64,000 nucleotides of DNA, from positions 64,001 through 128,000 of the forward strand of contig CBDBOV010000001.1 of NCBI GenBank assembly GCA_965208575.1. Reading direction: 5' to 3'. Of this stretch, positions 23,235-33,470 are shown one piece after another (positions within the stretch are counted from its first letter, which is position 1; each line of letters opens with the position of its first letter). Position numbers and translations under genes: made by a program. Under the pieces are notes generated by a model that ran no database searches, was not told the DNA's origin, and saw only the letters and a program-made list of their open reading frames with translations. The stretch comes from Spirochaetia bacterium (lineage in GTDB: Bacteria; Spirochaetota; Spirochaetia; SZUA-6; Bin103).

Positions 23235-24164
23235 TCATGGGCGTTGGTGCGCGCGCAGCGACGCCAGGAGCTGGCGCGCGGCGGTCAGCGCGGCCACCGC
23301 GGCGGTGTCGACGCGCAGTATGCCGCCGGGCAGGCCGGCCGCGTGGAAGCCGTGCTCCCGAAACAGCGCCTCCTCGTCCGGCGAGAAGCCGCCCTCGGGC
23401 CCCACGGCGCACCGGATCGCCGCTGGCGGCCCGGCGCGCACCGCCGGCCGCGGTCCGGCAGGCGCCGGCGCTTCTCCGTGCGCTGCGCCCGGCACGCGGC
23501 TCCCGCCTGCGGCCGCGCCCGCCGCGGCGGCAGGCGCGCCATGCGCCGGGGTCAGCGCGCCATGCGCGGGCGGCGGCGCGCCGTCCGCTGAAGCGCCGTG
23601 CGCGAAGGCGGCGGCATGCAGCACGGCTGCGCCGGGCTGGAACAGCAGGCCGAGGCCGTGCGCCGGTGCGCGCTCCAGGTAGCGGCGCACGGGTACGGGC
23701 GGATCGATCGGCGGCGGGGCGGAGCCGCTCTGCTGCGCCGCCTGGCGGGCGATGCGCTGCCAGCGCTGCCGGCGCCGCTCCTGCGCCGCCGGGTCGGCGC
23801 GGCCCTGGCTGCGCTCGGCAACCACCGGCACGATGCGCACCACGCCCAGTTCGGTCGCCTGCCGCACTACGCGATCCATCAGTGCTCCCCTGGGCAGCGC
23901 CTGTACCAGGATGACGGCGCCCGGCGCCGCCGCCGGCGTGGTGGCGTGCCCGGCCGGTGCGCCGCGCTCCGCGTCGACGAGCAGGCGCACCCGCTCGCCG
24001 GCCACCTCCATCACCGTGGCGCGCGCGCGCCGCCCGGCGGCGTCCGCCACTGCAATCACGGCGCCGCGGCGCAGCCGCAGCACGCGCACCAGGTAGTGGT
24101 GGTCGGCGCCGTCGACGTGCAGCACGGCGCCGGGCCGCGCCTCCGCCACCAGGAGTTCGCGCAC
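23235..24164 (-). CDS. rsmE: 16S rRNA m3U1498 methyltransferase with an Ala/Gly/Pro insertion
   Basis: HYLVRVLR, QATELGV, AAQQSG, VGPEGGFS, ILRVDTA. Confidence 0.9.
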   Translation of the reverse strand: MRELLVAEARPGAVLHVDGADHHYLVRVLRLRRGAVIAVADAAGRRARATVMEVAGERVRLLVDAERGAPAGHATTPAAAPGAVILVQALPRGALMDRVVRQATELGVVRIVPVVAERSQGRADPAAQERRRQRWQRIARQAAQQSGSAPPPIDPPVPVRRYLERAPAHGLGLLFQPGAAVLHAAAFAHGASADGAPPPAHGALTPAHGAPAAAAGAAAGGSRVPGAAHGEAPAPAGPRPAVRAGPPAAIRCAVGPEGGFSPDEEALFREHGFHAAGLPGGILRVDTAAVAALTAARQLLASLRAHQRP

Positions 24165-24246
24165 CTCGTCAGCGGCGCGCTCGGCGGGCGCGCGGCGGCG
24201 AGCCGGCGCCCGCGCCGGGAGCGGCGCAGCGATTCGCCACGCGCTG

Positions 24247-25734
24247 TCAGAACGCGGCCGCGGCGGCCGGTTCGCGCAACTGCCAGGCGTCCTGTGCGGG
24301 CACCAGGTCGAGGTCGAGCATGCGCACCGCCTCGCGCAGCACGCTGTCGAAGCGCAGGTCGTACACCGGGCGTTCCGGCATGCGGCGCACCACCTCGTCG
24401 TGTACCAGCTTGCGCAGCATGCGGCGCGGCAGATCGACCCCCGAGTCGCGCAGCTCGCCGATGAACTCCTCGATCTGCGCCTCGCTCGGTTCGGCGTGTT
24501 CGCGCACGAAACGGCGAATGCGCCCGCCCTCGAACAGCTCGGTGATCTCGGCCTCTTCCTCCTCGGTGCGCTGCGTGTCGCCGAACGCGAGGTGCGGGCT
24601 GATGCCCACCTGGTCGATGCTCGCGCCGCTCGGCGTCAGGTAGTAGGCGGTGGTCAGCTTCACCGCCCGGCTGCCGAAGCGGCGCACCTGCTGCACCGAC
24701 GCCTTGCCGTAGGACTGCTCGCCGAGCAGAAAGCCGCGCCCGCTCTCGCCAAGCGCGGCCGCCAGGATCTCGGAAGCGGACGCCGAGCCGCGGTCGATCA
24801 GGATCACGATCGGGATCGAGGCATCCACGATCGTGGCGGCGCGGCCGGCGCGGTGCACGTCGTTGTCGGCATCGACGCGCGCGTGGGTGGAAACGATCAC
24901 CCCGTCGGACAGGAAGTAGTCGGCCACCTGGACCACCGACCCGAGCAACCCGCCCGGATTGCTGCGCAGGTCGATGATCAGCCCCGCGGCGCCGTCGAGT
25001 TCGTGCAGCGCCTCCGACACCCGTTCCGGTGTGAGCAGCGTGAACTGCACAATGCGCAGGTAGCCGATCCGCTCGCCGATCATGCCGAAGCGCACCGTTT
25101 CCACCTCGATCATCTCCCGCTCCATCACGGTGTCGAACTCGATCGCCCCGTCGCGCAACAGCGTCATGGTCACGGTGGTGCCCGGCGGACCGCGCAGCCG
25201 CGTGACGATGTCGGTCAGGTCGAATTCCGCGGCCGACTCGCCGTTGATCGCCACGATCAGGTCGCCGGCGCGTACCCCGGCACGGTGCGCGGGATTGCCC
25301 TCGATCGGCGAGATCACCTCGAAGCCGCCGTCCGCGTGGCGGCCGATGTACATCCCGACACCGCCGAATTCGCCGCGCGTCAGGTCGGTGATCTGGCGCA
25401 CGTCGGAGGGTTGCACGTAGGCGGAGTGCGGATCGTCGAGCGCTTCGAACATGCCCTCGAGCGCGCCGTCGAGCAGCGTCTCCGGGTTGAGGCGCGTTTC
25501 GTCCACGTAGTTTTCCAGCAGGAACTGGAGCACTTCGGCAAACACCTCGCCCGCCCGCCGCGCCTCCTCCTCTTCCTGCGCCATGGCGCACGGCACCAGA
25601 GCGAGCAGGCACAACAGCCCCGCCGACAGCGCGCCGGTTCGTGCGCGCCGCAGCGGGCGCGCGCGTGTCGGGCGCCATCGCCGCCGCGCGGCGGCTCCGT
25701 CGTCATGCATGAGAGGAGGACACGACACTAACAA
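24247..25734 (-). CDS. S41 carboxy-terminal processing protease (PDZ + S41); start uncertain
   Basis: LDDPHS, FGGVGM, DLRSNPGG, SASASE, SYGKASVQ. Confidence 0.92.
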   Translation of the reverse strand: MLVSCPPLMHDDGAAARRRWRPTRARPLRRARTGALSAGLLCLLALVPCAMAQEEEEARRAGEVFAEVLQFLLENYVDETRLNPETLLDGALEGMFEALDDPHSAYVQPSDVRQITDLTRGEFGGVGMYIGRHADGGFEVISPIEGNPAHRAGVRAGDLIVAINGESAAEFDLTDIVTRLRGPPGTTVTMTLLRDGAIEFDTVMEREMIEVETVRFGMIGERIGYLRIVQFTLLTPERVSEALHELDGAAGLIIDLRSNPGGLLGSVVQVADYFLSDGVIVSTHARVDADNDVHRAGRAATIVDASIPIVILIDRGSASASEILAAALGESGRGFLLGEQSYGKASVQQVRRFGSRAVKLTTAYYLTPSGASIDQVGISPHLAFGDTQRTEEEEAEITELFEGGRIRRFVREHAEPSEAQIEEFIGELRDSGVDLPRRMLRKLVHDEVVRRMPERPVYDLRFDSVLREAVRMLDLDLVPAQDAWQLREPAAAAAF

Positions 25735-25768
25735 GAAGTATAACGCCTGTTGCGGTACAGTGTGGGCG

Positions 25769-26800
25769 GTGCTTGGCTACGTAGAGTTCCCTCCCTGGCT
25801 GCGCCCGGAGATCATCCCCGGGCTGCCCATTCGCTGGTACGGCGTCATGTACATCGTGGCGTTCGCGGTCACCTATTACCTGGTGGTGCATCTCGTGACG
25901 CGCAGACGAGAGCTGCAGATCGACCGCGACACGGTCCTCAACCTGTTCTTCTGGGGCATCGTCGGCGTGCTGCTCGGGGGGCGGCTGTTCTCGGTGCTGA
26001 TCTACGATCCCACCGGCTACTACGCCCGCAACCCGCTGCAGATCGTGTTCCCGTTCGAGCGCGTGGACGGAGCGCTGAAGTTCGTCGGCCTGCAGGGCAT
26101 GTCGTATCACGGCGGCCTGGTGGGGGCGGTGGTGGCCGTGGCGCTGTACTGCCGCATCAAGCGTCTGCCGGGGCTGGAGGTGGCCGACCTGGTCGCCGCC
26201 GCCGCGCCGCTCGGGTATACCTTCGGGCGGCTCGGCAACTTCATCAACGGCGAGCTGTACGGGCGCATCACCAGCCATCCGATCGGTGTCGTGTTCCCGC
26301 ACGCGCCCTCCTACCCGGCCGGGGAGCCGTGGGTGAGGCAGGTAGCGGAGGAGGCCGGCATGGCGATCCCGGAGGGCGCCGCCGTGGTCAATCTGCCGCG
26401 CTACCCGTCGCAACTGTTCGAGGCGTTCTTCGAGGGCGTCTTCCTGTGGCTGCTGCTCTGGTTCGTGTTTCGCAAGCGCAGCCCGTTTCCGGGCTTCCTG
26501 ATGAGCATGTACGTGATCGGCTACGGCGTGGTGCGGTTCGCGGTGGAGTACCTGCGCGAGCCGGACGAGGGGCTGGCCTTTCCGCTCACCTTCGTGCCGC
26601 TCGACAACCCCGCCCTGTTCAGCCCGTGGAACTTCACCACCGGCCAACTGCTCAGCGCGGCGATGGTGGTATGCGGGGCGGCGATGCTGATGATCCTGGC
26701 CAGCCACCACCCGTCCGGACACGGCAGCCGCGGCGTCAGCACCGAGAACAGCACCGCGCGCCGCGCCATGCTGCGCCGCATGCGCAAGAAACTGCGTTAG
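25769..26800 (+). CDS. lgt: Prolipoprotein diacylglyceryl transferase
   Basis: RWYG, GMSYHGG, GRLGNFINGELYGR, PSQLFE, RFAVEYLREPD. Confidence 0.97.
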   Translation: MLGYVEFPPWLRPEIIPGLPIRWYGVMYIVAFAVTYYLVVHLVTRRRELQIDRDTVLNLFFWGIVGVLLGGRLFSVLIYDPTGYYARNPLQIVFPFERVDGALKFVGLQGMSYHGGLVGAVVAVALYCRIKRLPGLEVADLVAAAAPLGYTFGRLGNFINGELYGRITSHPIGVVFPHAPSYPAGEPWVRQVAEEAGMAIPEGAAVVNLPRYPSQLFEAFFEGVFLWLLLWFVFRKRSPFPGFLMSMYVIGYGVVRFAVEYLREPDEGLAFPLTFVPLDNPALFSPWNFTTGQLLSAAMVVCGAAMLMILASHHPSGHGSRGVSTENSTARRAMLRRMRKKLR

Positions 26801-26818
26801 GTCAGCGTTGGGTCGGGA

Positions 26819-26890
26819 TGGGCGATACTGGGATCGAACCAGTGACTTCTACCGTGTGAAGGTAGCACTCTACCGCTGAGTTAATCGCCC
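26819..26890 (-). tRNA. tRNA-Val (CAC); CCA not encoded
   Basis: Reverse complement GGGCGATTAACTCAGCGGTAGAGTGCTACCTTCACACGGTAGAAGTCACTGGTTCGATCCCAGTATCGCCCA forms a cloverleaf; TTGACA-N18-TAGCTT upstream (26908-26937). Confidence 0.97.
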
Positions 26891-27043
26891 GCGAGGCTGG
26901 TCCGACCAAGCTACCGGCCCCGCGCCGCCACTGTCAACGGGTACCGGGCTCGCGGCAGGCGCGCGGCAGGCGCGCGGCGGCCGCTGCCGCAACCGTTGAC
27001 TCGCGGCGCCCGAACTGCGCACCTTATTCATTAATTGACAACC

Positions 27044-27667
27044 ATGTACGTGGAGTCATCGGTTTCCCGCCCGGTCGCTGGCGGCGGCGCCGTCCGCGGC
27101 GCAGCGCAGGTCGAGGTGTTTCGCAAGTCGATTCACCTGACGATTGCGGCCGTGCCCGCCATCGCCGCCGTCGACGTGCTGGCCGCGGCCGGTCTGCTGG
27201 CGGTGGGCATCGCGATCTACACGGTCGCCGAGCAGGCGCGTCTTGCCGGCGCGCGCGTGGCATTGATCTCCAGCATCACGCTCCTGGCGCTGCGCGAGCG
27301 CGACCGTCAGGGTTTCGTGCTTGGCCCGGTGACGCTCGGGCTGGGCGCGATGCTGGCCCTGCTGCTGTACCCGGAGCCGGCGGCATCGGTGGCGATCTAC
27401 GCCCTGGCGTTCGGGGACAGCGCGGCCGCCGTGGTGGGCACCGCGATCGGGCGCCTCAGGATTCCCTTTTCCGGCGGCAAGAGCGTGGCGGGTTCGGTGG
27501 CGTGCTTCCTGGCCGTGCTGGCGGTCACGCTGCGCGTCACCGGCAATCTGAACGCCTCCCTGGCCGTCGCCGCCGCCGCCGCGCTGCTGGAGGCGGCCCC
27601 CACGCGCGACTACGACAACCTCCTGGTCCCTGCGGGCGCCGGCCTGGTCGCCCTGGCGGTGCTGTAG
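27044..27667 (+). CDS. Polyprenol (dolichol/phytol) kinase / cytidylyltransferase family membrane protein
   Basis: RKSIH, LAFGDSAAAVVG, KSVAGS, DNLLVP. Confidence 0.85.
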   Translation: MYVESSVSRPVAGGGAVRGAAQVEVFRKSIHLTIAAVPAIAAVDVLAAAGLLAVGIAIYTVAEQARLAGARVALISSITLLALRERDRQGFVLGPVTLGLGAMLALLLYPEPAASVAIYALAFGDSAAAVVGTAIGRLRIPFSGGKSVAGSVACFLAVLAVTLRVTGNLNASLAVAAAAALLEAAPTRDYDNLLVPAGAGLVALAVL

Positions 27668-27854
27668 CGTTCCGAAACCACCCCCGTGCGCCGTCCCGCC
27701 GCGGGCGGCCCCACCCGCGACGACGACATCTTCCTCGCGCCACCGCACGCGCAGGCTGTGCTCGCGGTGCCGCAGCCCCTCACCAGGCGCGAGCGGACAT
27801 GCGCAGCGGCGAACCGGTTTGACAGAACCGCGTGCCGATCGGCAAGTTCACGCC

Positions 27855-29069
27855 ATGACAGCGCTTCGCAACATCGGCATCATCACCAGCGGCGGCGACG
27901 CCGGCGGACTCAATGGCGTCATCCGCGGCGCCGCCGGCATGTGCCGGCATCTCGGCATCGGCGCGTGCGTCATTGCCAACGGTTATGCCGGCCTGTACAA
28001 CCTCGTCGACATCGACCGCCTGGTGCGGCTCGACCCGGAGCGGGTGGACCGCATCGACGCCACCCGCGCCGGCTCCGAGGCGGGGCACTCGCGGGTCAAG
28101 ATCTCCCGCATTGACGACCCGGACAAGTACGACCGCATCGTGCGCGGGCTTGCGAGGCACCGGATCGACGCACTGGTGATCTCCGGCGGCGACGACACCG
28201 GCAGCGTGGTGGTGGACCTGGTCGAGCACGGCATCCGCTGCGTGCACGCGCCCAAGACGATGGACCTGGACCTGCAGACCTACTCGGTGGGCGGCGACTC
28301 GGCGGTCAACCGCATCGCGCAGATGGTGCAGGACGCCAAGACCACCGGCACCACCCACAACCGCATCATGATTACCGAGGTGTTCGGCCGCTACGCCGGC
28401 CACACCGCCCTGCGCGGCGGCCTGGCGGCGGATGCCGACTGCATCCTGCTGCCGGAGGTGCCGGCCGACATGGACATCGTCTACGCCCACGCCAAGGAGC
28501 ACCTGTACCGGCGCGTCAAGGGCAGCGACGTGCGCGCCGGCACCTATACCATCGTGGTGGCCGAGGGGCTGCGCGACGCCGGCGGCGCGGTGATGACCGA
28601 CGCCGGCGCCGGGGTGGATGCGTTCGGCCACGGCAAGCTGGCCGGCGCCGGCAAGTACGTGCGCCAGTCGCTGGAACGGCGCATCGCCGCCGACCCCGAC
28701 ACCGAGGCCTACATGCGCGCCACCGGCCAGTTCGTGGCCGGCATCTACGAGGCCCCGGAGGTGCGCGAGCTGACCCCCAGCCACCTGGTACGCTCCGGCC
28801 CGTCCACCGCCTACGACGTGAACTTCGGCAAGCAGATCGGCGCCGGCGCGGTGGCCCTGCTGGCGGCCGGCATCTCCGGCGTCACGGTGGCCGGCGGCGA
28901 TGCCGGCGAGGTACGCTACCTGGCCACCGCCGCCGCCATCGAGCAGTGCCACGTGGCGCAGGAGACGGTGGCCTTCCACGAAGCGCTTGGCGTGTGCTTC
29001 GGTCGCGCACCGGTCGCCGTCGAGTTGCGCCCGCGCGAGGTCAGCGCCCTCGAACAGCGCTACCTGTAA
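27855..29069 (+). CDS. Phosphofructokinase family, PPi-dependent signature
   Basis: TSGGDAGGLN, SGGDDT (GGDD), PKTMDLD, EVFGRYAG. Confidence 0.88.
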   Translation: MTALRNIGIITSGGDAGGLNGVIRGAAGMCRHLGIGACVIANGYAGLYNLVDIDRLVRLDPERVDRIDATRAGSEAGHSRVKISRIDDPDKYDRIVRGLARHRIDALVISGGDDTGSVVVDLVEHGIRCVHAPKTMDLDLQTYSVGGDSAVNRIAQMVQDAKTTGTTHNRIMITEVFGRYAGHTALRGGLAADADCILLPEVPADMDIVYAHAKEHLYRRVKGSDVRAGTYTIVVAEGLRDAGGAVMTDAGAGVDAFGHGKLAGAGKYVRQSLERRIAADPDTEAYMRATGQFVAGIYEAPEVRELTPSHLVRSGPSTAYDVNFGKQIGAGAVALLAAGISGVTVAGGDAGEVRYLATAAAIEQCHVAQETVAFHEALGVCFGRAPVAVELRPREVSALEQRYL

Positions 29070-29120
29070 CCGCGACCCGCCGATCCGCCGCCGGGAGAGA
29101 ACCGCGCCTGTTGATGGCGT

Positions 29121-30299
29121 TCAGTGCGTCCCCTCAGCCCGCGAACCGGTGCCGCGCCGCAAGGCGTACGCCCGCAGCGTCAGGTACTCCGCGACCCGAT
29201 CCGGCAGCAGCCGGCGCAGCACGCGCAACAGCGGCGCCGTGCCGCCGCAAGCGATAATCGGCGGCGGGCGGCGCCGGCCGAGCACCCGCAGCAGCCGGCG
29301 CGCCACCGCCTCCGGACCCGGCGCGGCACTCATCTTGGCGGCCCGCGCCGCGCTGACACGCTCGAAGGCGGCACCGTAGGCCGTGGCGGGCGCGGCCTGC
29401 TGCAGCGGCGTGGTACCGGTGGCGATGTCGCCCGGTTCGAGCAGCACCACCGCCACGCCGTGGCCGGCCAGCTCGCCGCGCAGCGCCAGCGTGTAGGCGC
29501 GCAGCGCGCCCTTGGAGGCGGCGTAATAGGCATGGAACGGCACCGGGTATTCGGCGATCAGCGAGCCGACGTTCACCAGGTAGGTGGGCCGCTGGGCCGC
29601 CGCACCCGCGCGCAGCAGCGGCAGCAGTAGCTGGGACAGCCGCGCCGCCCCCCACAGGTTGGTCTCGAACACCTCGCGCGCGCGCTCCAGCGGAAACTCC
29701 TCCGCCGCCCCCAACGCCCCGACCCCGGCATTGTTGATCACCGCCACCAGCCCGCCCGTACCGCCACCCGCCGCCGCCTCGCCCACACCGCCGCCGCCAT
29801 CCGGCCCGCCACGCGCCGCCCCCTCGCCCGTAGCGCTGCGCGCCGCCCCCTCGCTCGCCACGCCCGCGCCACCCGCGGCCGCGCGCGCCGCGCCCTCGAC
29901 TGCGCCGCCGGCGCCACCTGTACCGCTACCGGTACCGCTACCTGTACCGCCACGCGCCGCCCCCTCGCCCGCGCCGCCGGCGCTGGCGCCACCGGCACCC
30001 GCGGCGCCCTCCGAACCGCGACCCGCGGCACTGGCCGCAGCGCGCGCCGTTGCCCCCACCGCGGCGGCGAAATGCTCGATCGATCCCTCGTCGGCCAGGT
30101 CCAGGCGCACCGCGCGCAGGTGCCCGCCCAGGCCGGCGGCTTCGAGCGGCCGGACATCGCGCGCACCCGCCACCACCGTGTAGCCGGCGGCGCACAACGC
30201 CCGGGCGGTCGCCAGCCCAATGCCGCGGCTGGCCCCGGTCAGGGCCACTACCCGGCCTCGCCCGCCGCGCGCTGGTTCATTCGGTAGTCTTTCGCGCAC
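29121..30299 (-). CDS. SDR oxidoreductase with a ~100-aa Gly/Ala repeat insertion
   Basis: TGASRGIG, NNAG, YAASK, EPGDIAT; EGAAR-repeat insert at about 29750-30045. Confidence 0.85.
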   Translation of the reverse strand: MRERLPNEPARGGRGRVVALTGASRGIGLATARALCAAGYTVVAGARDVRPLEAAGLGGHLRAVRLDLADEGSIEHFAAAVGATARAAASAAGRGSEGAAGAGGASAGGAGEGAARGGTGSGTGSGTGGAGGAVEGAARAAAGGAGVASEGAARSATGEGAARGGPDGGGGVGEAAAGGGTGGLVAVINNAGVGALGAAEEFPLERAREVFETNLWGAARLSQLLLPLLRAGAAAQRPTYLVNVGSLIAEYPVPFHAYYAASKGALRAYTLALRGELAGHGVAVVLLEPGDIATGTTPLQQAAPATAYGAAFERVSAARAAKMSAAPGPEAVARRLLRVLGRRRPPPIIACGGTAPLLRVLRRLLPDRVAEYLTLRAYALRRGTGSRAEGTH

Positions 30300-30612
30300 C
30301 TATCCGATCGGTCGGCATCCCGGCGCTTCCGCGCTGCGCGACCGCTATCTACTATGCCCCGATCCGAAATCGCCGGCCAACCGGTCTGCCGATGGTCGGC
30401 AACGGGCAGCTCAGGCTGGCTACGCGGGTCCTGGTGTCTAGTGCCGGCCGGTCGGCCGTACGTGGCTTCTCGGACTAACCGCGAACTGCTATGGTTCCGG
30501 CCTTAGCCGCTTGGCAGTCGTTGGTGAGACCTCCGAGTTTCGTTGTGGTATGGAGGCTATCGATGTCCGCAGCGCGAGCACTCAGGCGGAGCCAATATGA
30601 TCGAGGTGATTC

Positions 30613-31797
30613 ATGGGCGGGCTGACAAGAATCCATGTGCAGAACTATCGAGCTCTCGCCGATGTCGAGTTGGAGGTGGGGCCGATCAACCTGGTATTCG
30701 GCCCGAACGGCGCCGGCAAGTCCACGCTGCTCGACTCACTCTATTTCTTTCGAGATTGCGCGATTCGCGGTGTTGAAACTGCTTCGTCCGAACGCGATCA
30801 CGGTATCGGCATTCTCTGGGATGGAGCGGTCGAGAGCCCGCGTATCACCGTCGAGTTGGAATACAGCAACGTCACATACGGTCTCTCGTTCGTCCTTTCG
30901 TCGGGCAGGATTGACCCGTTTCCTGGGGAGCGGCTGTTGTCATCTACACGATCGACTGCTCTCATTGACAGGCGGTCGGGGTCGGACAAGGCAAGTTTAT
31001 TCCACACGAGTATCGGGCAGGCGGTAGAGATCGGCTTGCGCGAACCCGAGAAGCTTAGCTTGGGTCTCTTCCTGGATTTCAACAGTGGCGATGACGAAGC
31101 CAGACCGCTTGACCAATTACTTCATTACGTTCGCTTGTATCATTCTCGATCTTTTCTTCTCCACAGCCTCAAACGAGTTGGCTCCGAGAGCAGTCCTCAG
31201 ACGAGATTGTGGGATCTCGGAAACAACGCTTGGTCTGTGCTCAGGAACCTTCAGGACAAGCGCAACGTCGACGACCGTTATGACACGATTATGCGACTCA
31301 TGAATGACGCTTTTCCTGAGTTTGACGACATCGTCTTGCAACAGACTGGACCTTCGACGGTGTACGCGAGTTTTCTGGAGAGAGGACGCCGAAGCGAGAT
31401 ATTCGCCTCCGGCGCATCGGATGGAGTTCTGCAATTGCTGCTTCTACTCATTGCCCTGTTTTCGGAAGGATATCGCGAGTCCGTCCTCCTATTCGACGAG
31501 CCGGAAACGTCGCTCCACCCATGGGCGATGGTCGTATTCGCACGGGCCGTAAAGCTTGCTGCCTCGCAATGGAACAAACAGGTGTTTGTAGCCACGCACT
31601 CGCCAGTTCTCATCAGTCAGTTCGAGCCGCGGGACATCCTGGTCGCGGGAGTGGAGGATGGCCGCGCCCGCTTCGATCGCTTGTCAGAAATCGACGAGAT
31701 ACGAGATCTGCTCGAGGACTACGCCGCCGGGTCGCTGTACATGTCGGAAGCCATCGCCGGCCAGGGACCGCAGGCCGTCAAGAAGCGCAGAAGATGA
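30613..31797 (+). CDS. AAA_21/ABC-type ATPase
   Basis: GPNGAGKS, ASDG, LFDEPE, ATHSP; lower GC than flanks. Confidence 0.85.
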   Translation: MGGLTRIHVQNYRALADVELEVGPINLVFGPNGAGKSTLLDSLYFFRDCAIRGVETASSERDHGIGILWDGAVESPRITVELEYSNVTYGLSFVLSSGRIDPFPGERLLSSTRSTALIDRRSGSDKASLFHTSIGQAVEIGLREPEKLSLGLFLDFNSGDDEARPLDQLLHYVRLYHSRSFLLHSLKRVGSESSPQTRLWDLGNNAWSVLRNLQDKRNVDDRYDTIMRLMNDAFPEFDDIVLQQTGPSTVYASFLERGRRSEIFASGASDGVLQLLLLLIALFSEGYRESVLLFDEPETSLHPWAMVVFARAVKLAASQWNKQVFVATHSPVLISQFEPRDILVAGVEDGRARFDRLSEIDEIRDLLEDYAAGSLYMSEAIAGQGPQAVKKRRR

Positions 31798-32549
31798 ATC
31801 TCTCCAATTCAGGTGGCGACCAGGATTGGCGATTCACGCACTTTGGCCTGATTGTGACAGGACACACGGAAGAGAGATGTCTCCTGGATTTATTTCGGAT
31901 CATGCAAGCGACTGGCGCGTGCACATTCCGAGTAATTAGAAGGATCACGCAACGATCTCCACGATCGAAGCAGCATCAGCTGAGGATGGTAGGTAGCGGC
32001 AAGCAGATACCCGACAGAGACGCAACAGACATCGGGTTACCGGCCCGTCGTTTCCTCACTTCCGACGACATGTTCGTCCTCCTGGTTGACGATCTGGAAG
32101 CAAACAGGTCCGACCGTATACGAGAGATCTTCGATCGTTATCGAAGCGCCCTGGATACCATGCTGCCCCCTAGTCAGGCGGGTCGGGCTTCTGTGCATTT
32201 TCTGGTCAACATGCTGGAATCGTATTTTTTCGCCAACAGCGATGCGGTAAACTCAGTGCTCGGTACGGAATTGGAAGACTACGACGGCGACGTAGAGACA
32301 ATGCGCAACCCGAAAGCTCGGATGAAGAGCATACAGCCGGGGTACAAAGTAGTCGACGATGGGTGCGAGATTGTCCGGTGTCTTGACGTCGCTCATGTGT
32401 TGTCGCGGCGAGATGCGTGTTCCTCATTGCGGACGATGTTCGCCTGGATCCACAAGGCTATCGGCGAGCCGGAGTCCGAAGTAGCCCAGTTCCTGGCCGG
32501 CCGTCGGAGCGAGGTAACCGGGGCGCAGATCTGCGCGTTGCCTGCGTGA
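31794..32549 (+). CDS. DUF4276-like (Toprim-like) protein coupled to the ATPase
   Basis: LIVTGHTEE, LVDDLE, MLESYFFA, NPK, YKVVDDG; ATGA overlap. Confidence 0.65.
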   Translation: MNLSNSGGDQDWRFTHFGLIVTGHTEERCLLDLFRIMQATGACTFRVIRRITQRSPRSKQHQLRMVGSGKQIPDRDATDIGLPARRFLTSDDMFVLLVDDLEANRSDRIREIFDRYRSALDTMLPPSQAGRASVHFLVNMLESYFFANSDAVNSVLGTELEDYDGDVETMRNPKARMKSIQPGYKVVDDGCEIVRCLDVAHVLSRRDACSSLRTMFAWIHKAIGEPESEVAQFLAGRRSEVTGAQICALPA

Positions 32550-32580
32550 CGACGGTGCCCTGCAGGCCACAATTCAGTTG

Positions 32581-33228
32581 ATGGCGGATACGCGTACGCA
32601 ACTGCGGGCACGGGCGGATGCAATTCGCGCGGCGTTGCGGCGTGAATACCCCGACACGCCGTGCCCGCTGCGCCACCGCAACGCGTTCGAGCTGCTGGTG
32701 GCGACCATCCTGTCGGCGCAGTGCACGGACGAACGGGTAAACGCGGTCACGCCGGGCCTGTTCCGGCGCTATCCCGGCCCCGGAGCATTCGCCGGCGCCG
32801 ACCAGGAGGAGCTGCAGCGCGAGATCTACACCACCGGCTTCTTTCGCAACAAGGCGCGCAGCCTGATTGCCTGCGGGCGTACGCTGCTGGAGCGCCACGG
32901 AGGAGAGCTGCCGGACACCATCGAGGAACTCGCCGCACTGCCGGGGGTGGGCCGCAAGACCGCCAACGTCATGTTCGCACACTGGTTCGGCAAGCCCGCC
33001 GTGGTGGTGGACACGCACTTCCGCCGCGTCGCCACCCGGCTCGGCCTCACCGACGCCGCCGACCCCGACCGGGTGGAAGCGCAGATCCGCGCACTCATCC
33101 CCGAGCAGCACCAGAGCGAGCTGTCCGCGGTGGTGAACTACCACGGCCGCCGCTGCTGCGCCGCCCGCCGCCCGGCCTGCGAGCGCTGCGTCGTCGCCGG
33201 CCTGTGCCCCTACTTCCAACGCCTCTGA
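32581..33228 (+). CDS. nth: Endonuclease III
   Basis: LSAQCTD, LPGVGRKTAN (HhH), VDTH, C-x6-C-x2-C-x5-C 4Fe-4S motif. Confidence 0.96.
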   Translation: MADTRTQLRARADAIRAALRREYPDTPCPLRHRNAFELLVATILSAQCTDERVNAVTPGLFRRYPGPGAFAGADQEELQREIYTTGFFRNKARSLIACGRTLLERHGGELPDTIEELAALPGVGRKTANVMFAHWFGKPAVVVDTHFRRVATRLGLTDAADPDRVEAQIRALIPEQHQSELSAVVNYHGRRCCAARRPACERCVVAGLCPYFQRL

Positions 33229-33470
33229 CGGCTCGCCCTCGCTTGAATCCCGCCGCGTCTGAATCCCGCCGCGCGGATAGAGCCGCCAACGTCCGCCTGG
33301 CCGACCGTTGCGCCGCGCTTCGTCACGCTTCGTCACGTTGCGCTGCTCCGGTGATCCGATCCGCAGCGGTCGCGGGCCTGCTCGACGTCGTATGCCTCAT
33401 TGCCCCCGCCGTAAGGGACGGTGCGAAGCCCGCTCACCGCCGAAAGCGGGCGCGGCGATCCACCGCGGCC

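Noticed and set aside
26819-26890. tRNA-anchored integrative element
   Set aside because: Flanked by core genes; no integrase and no duplicated tRNA 3' end seen in the window
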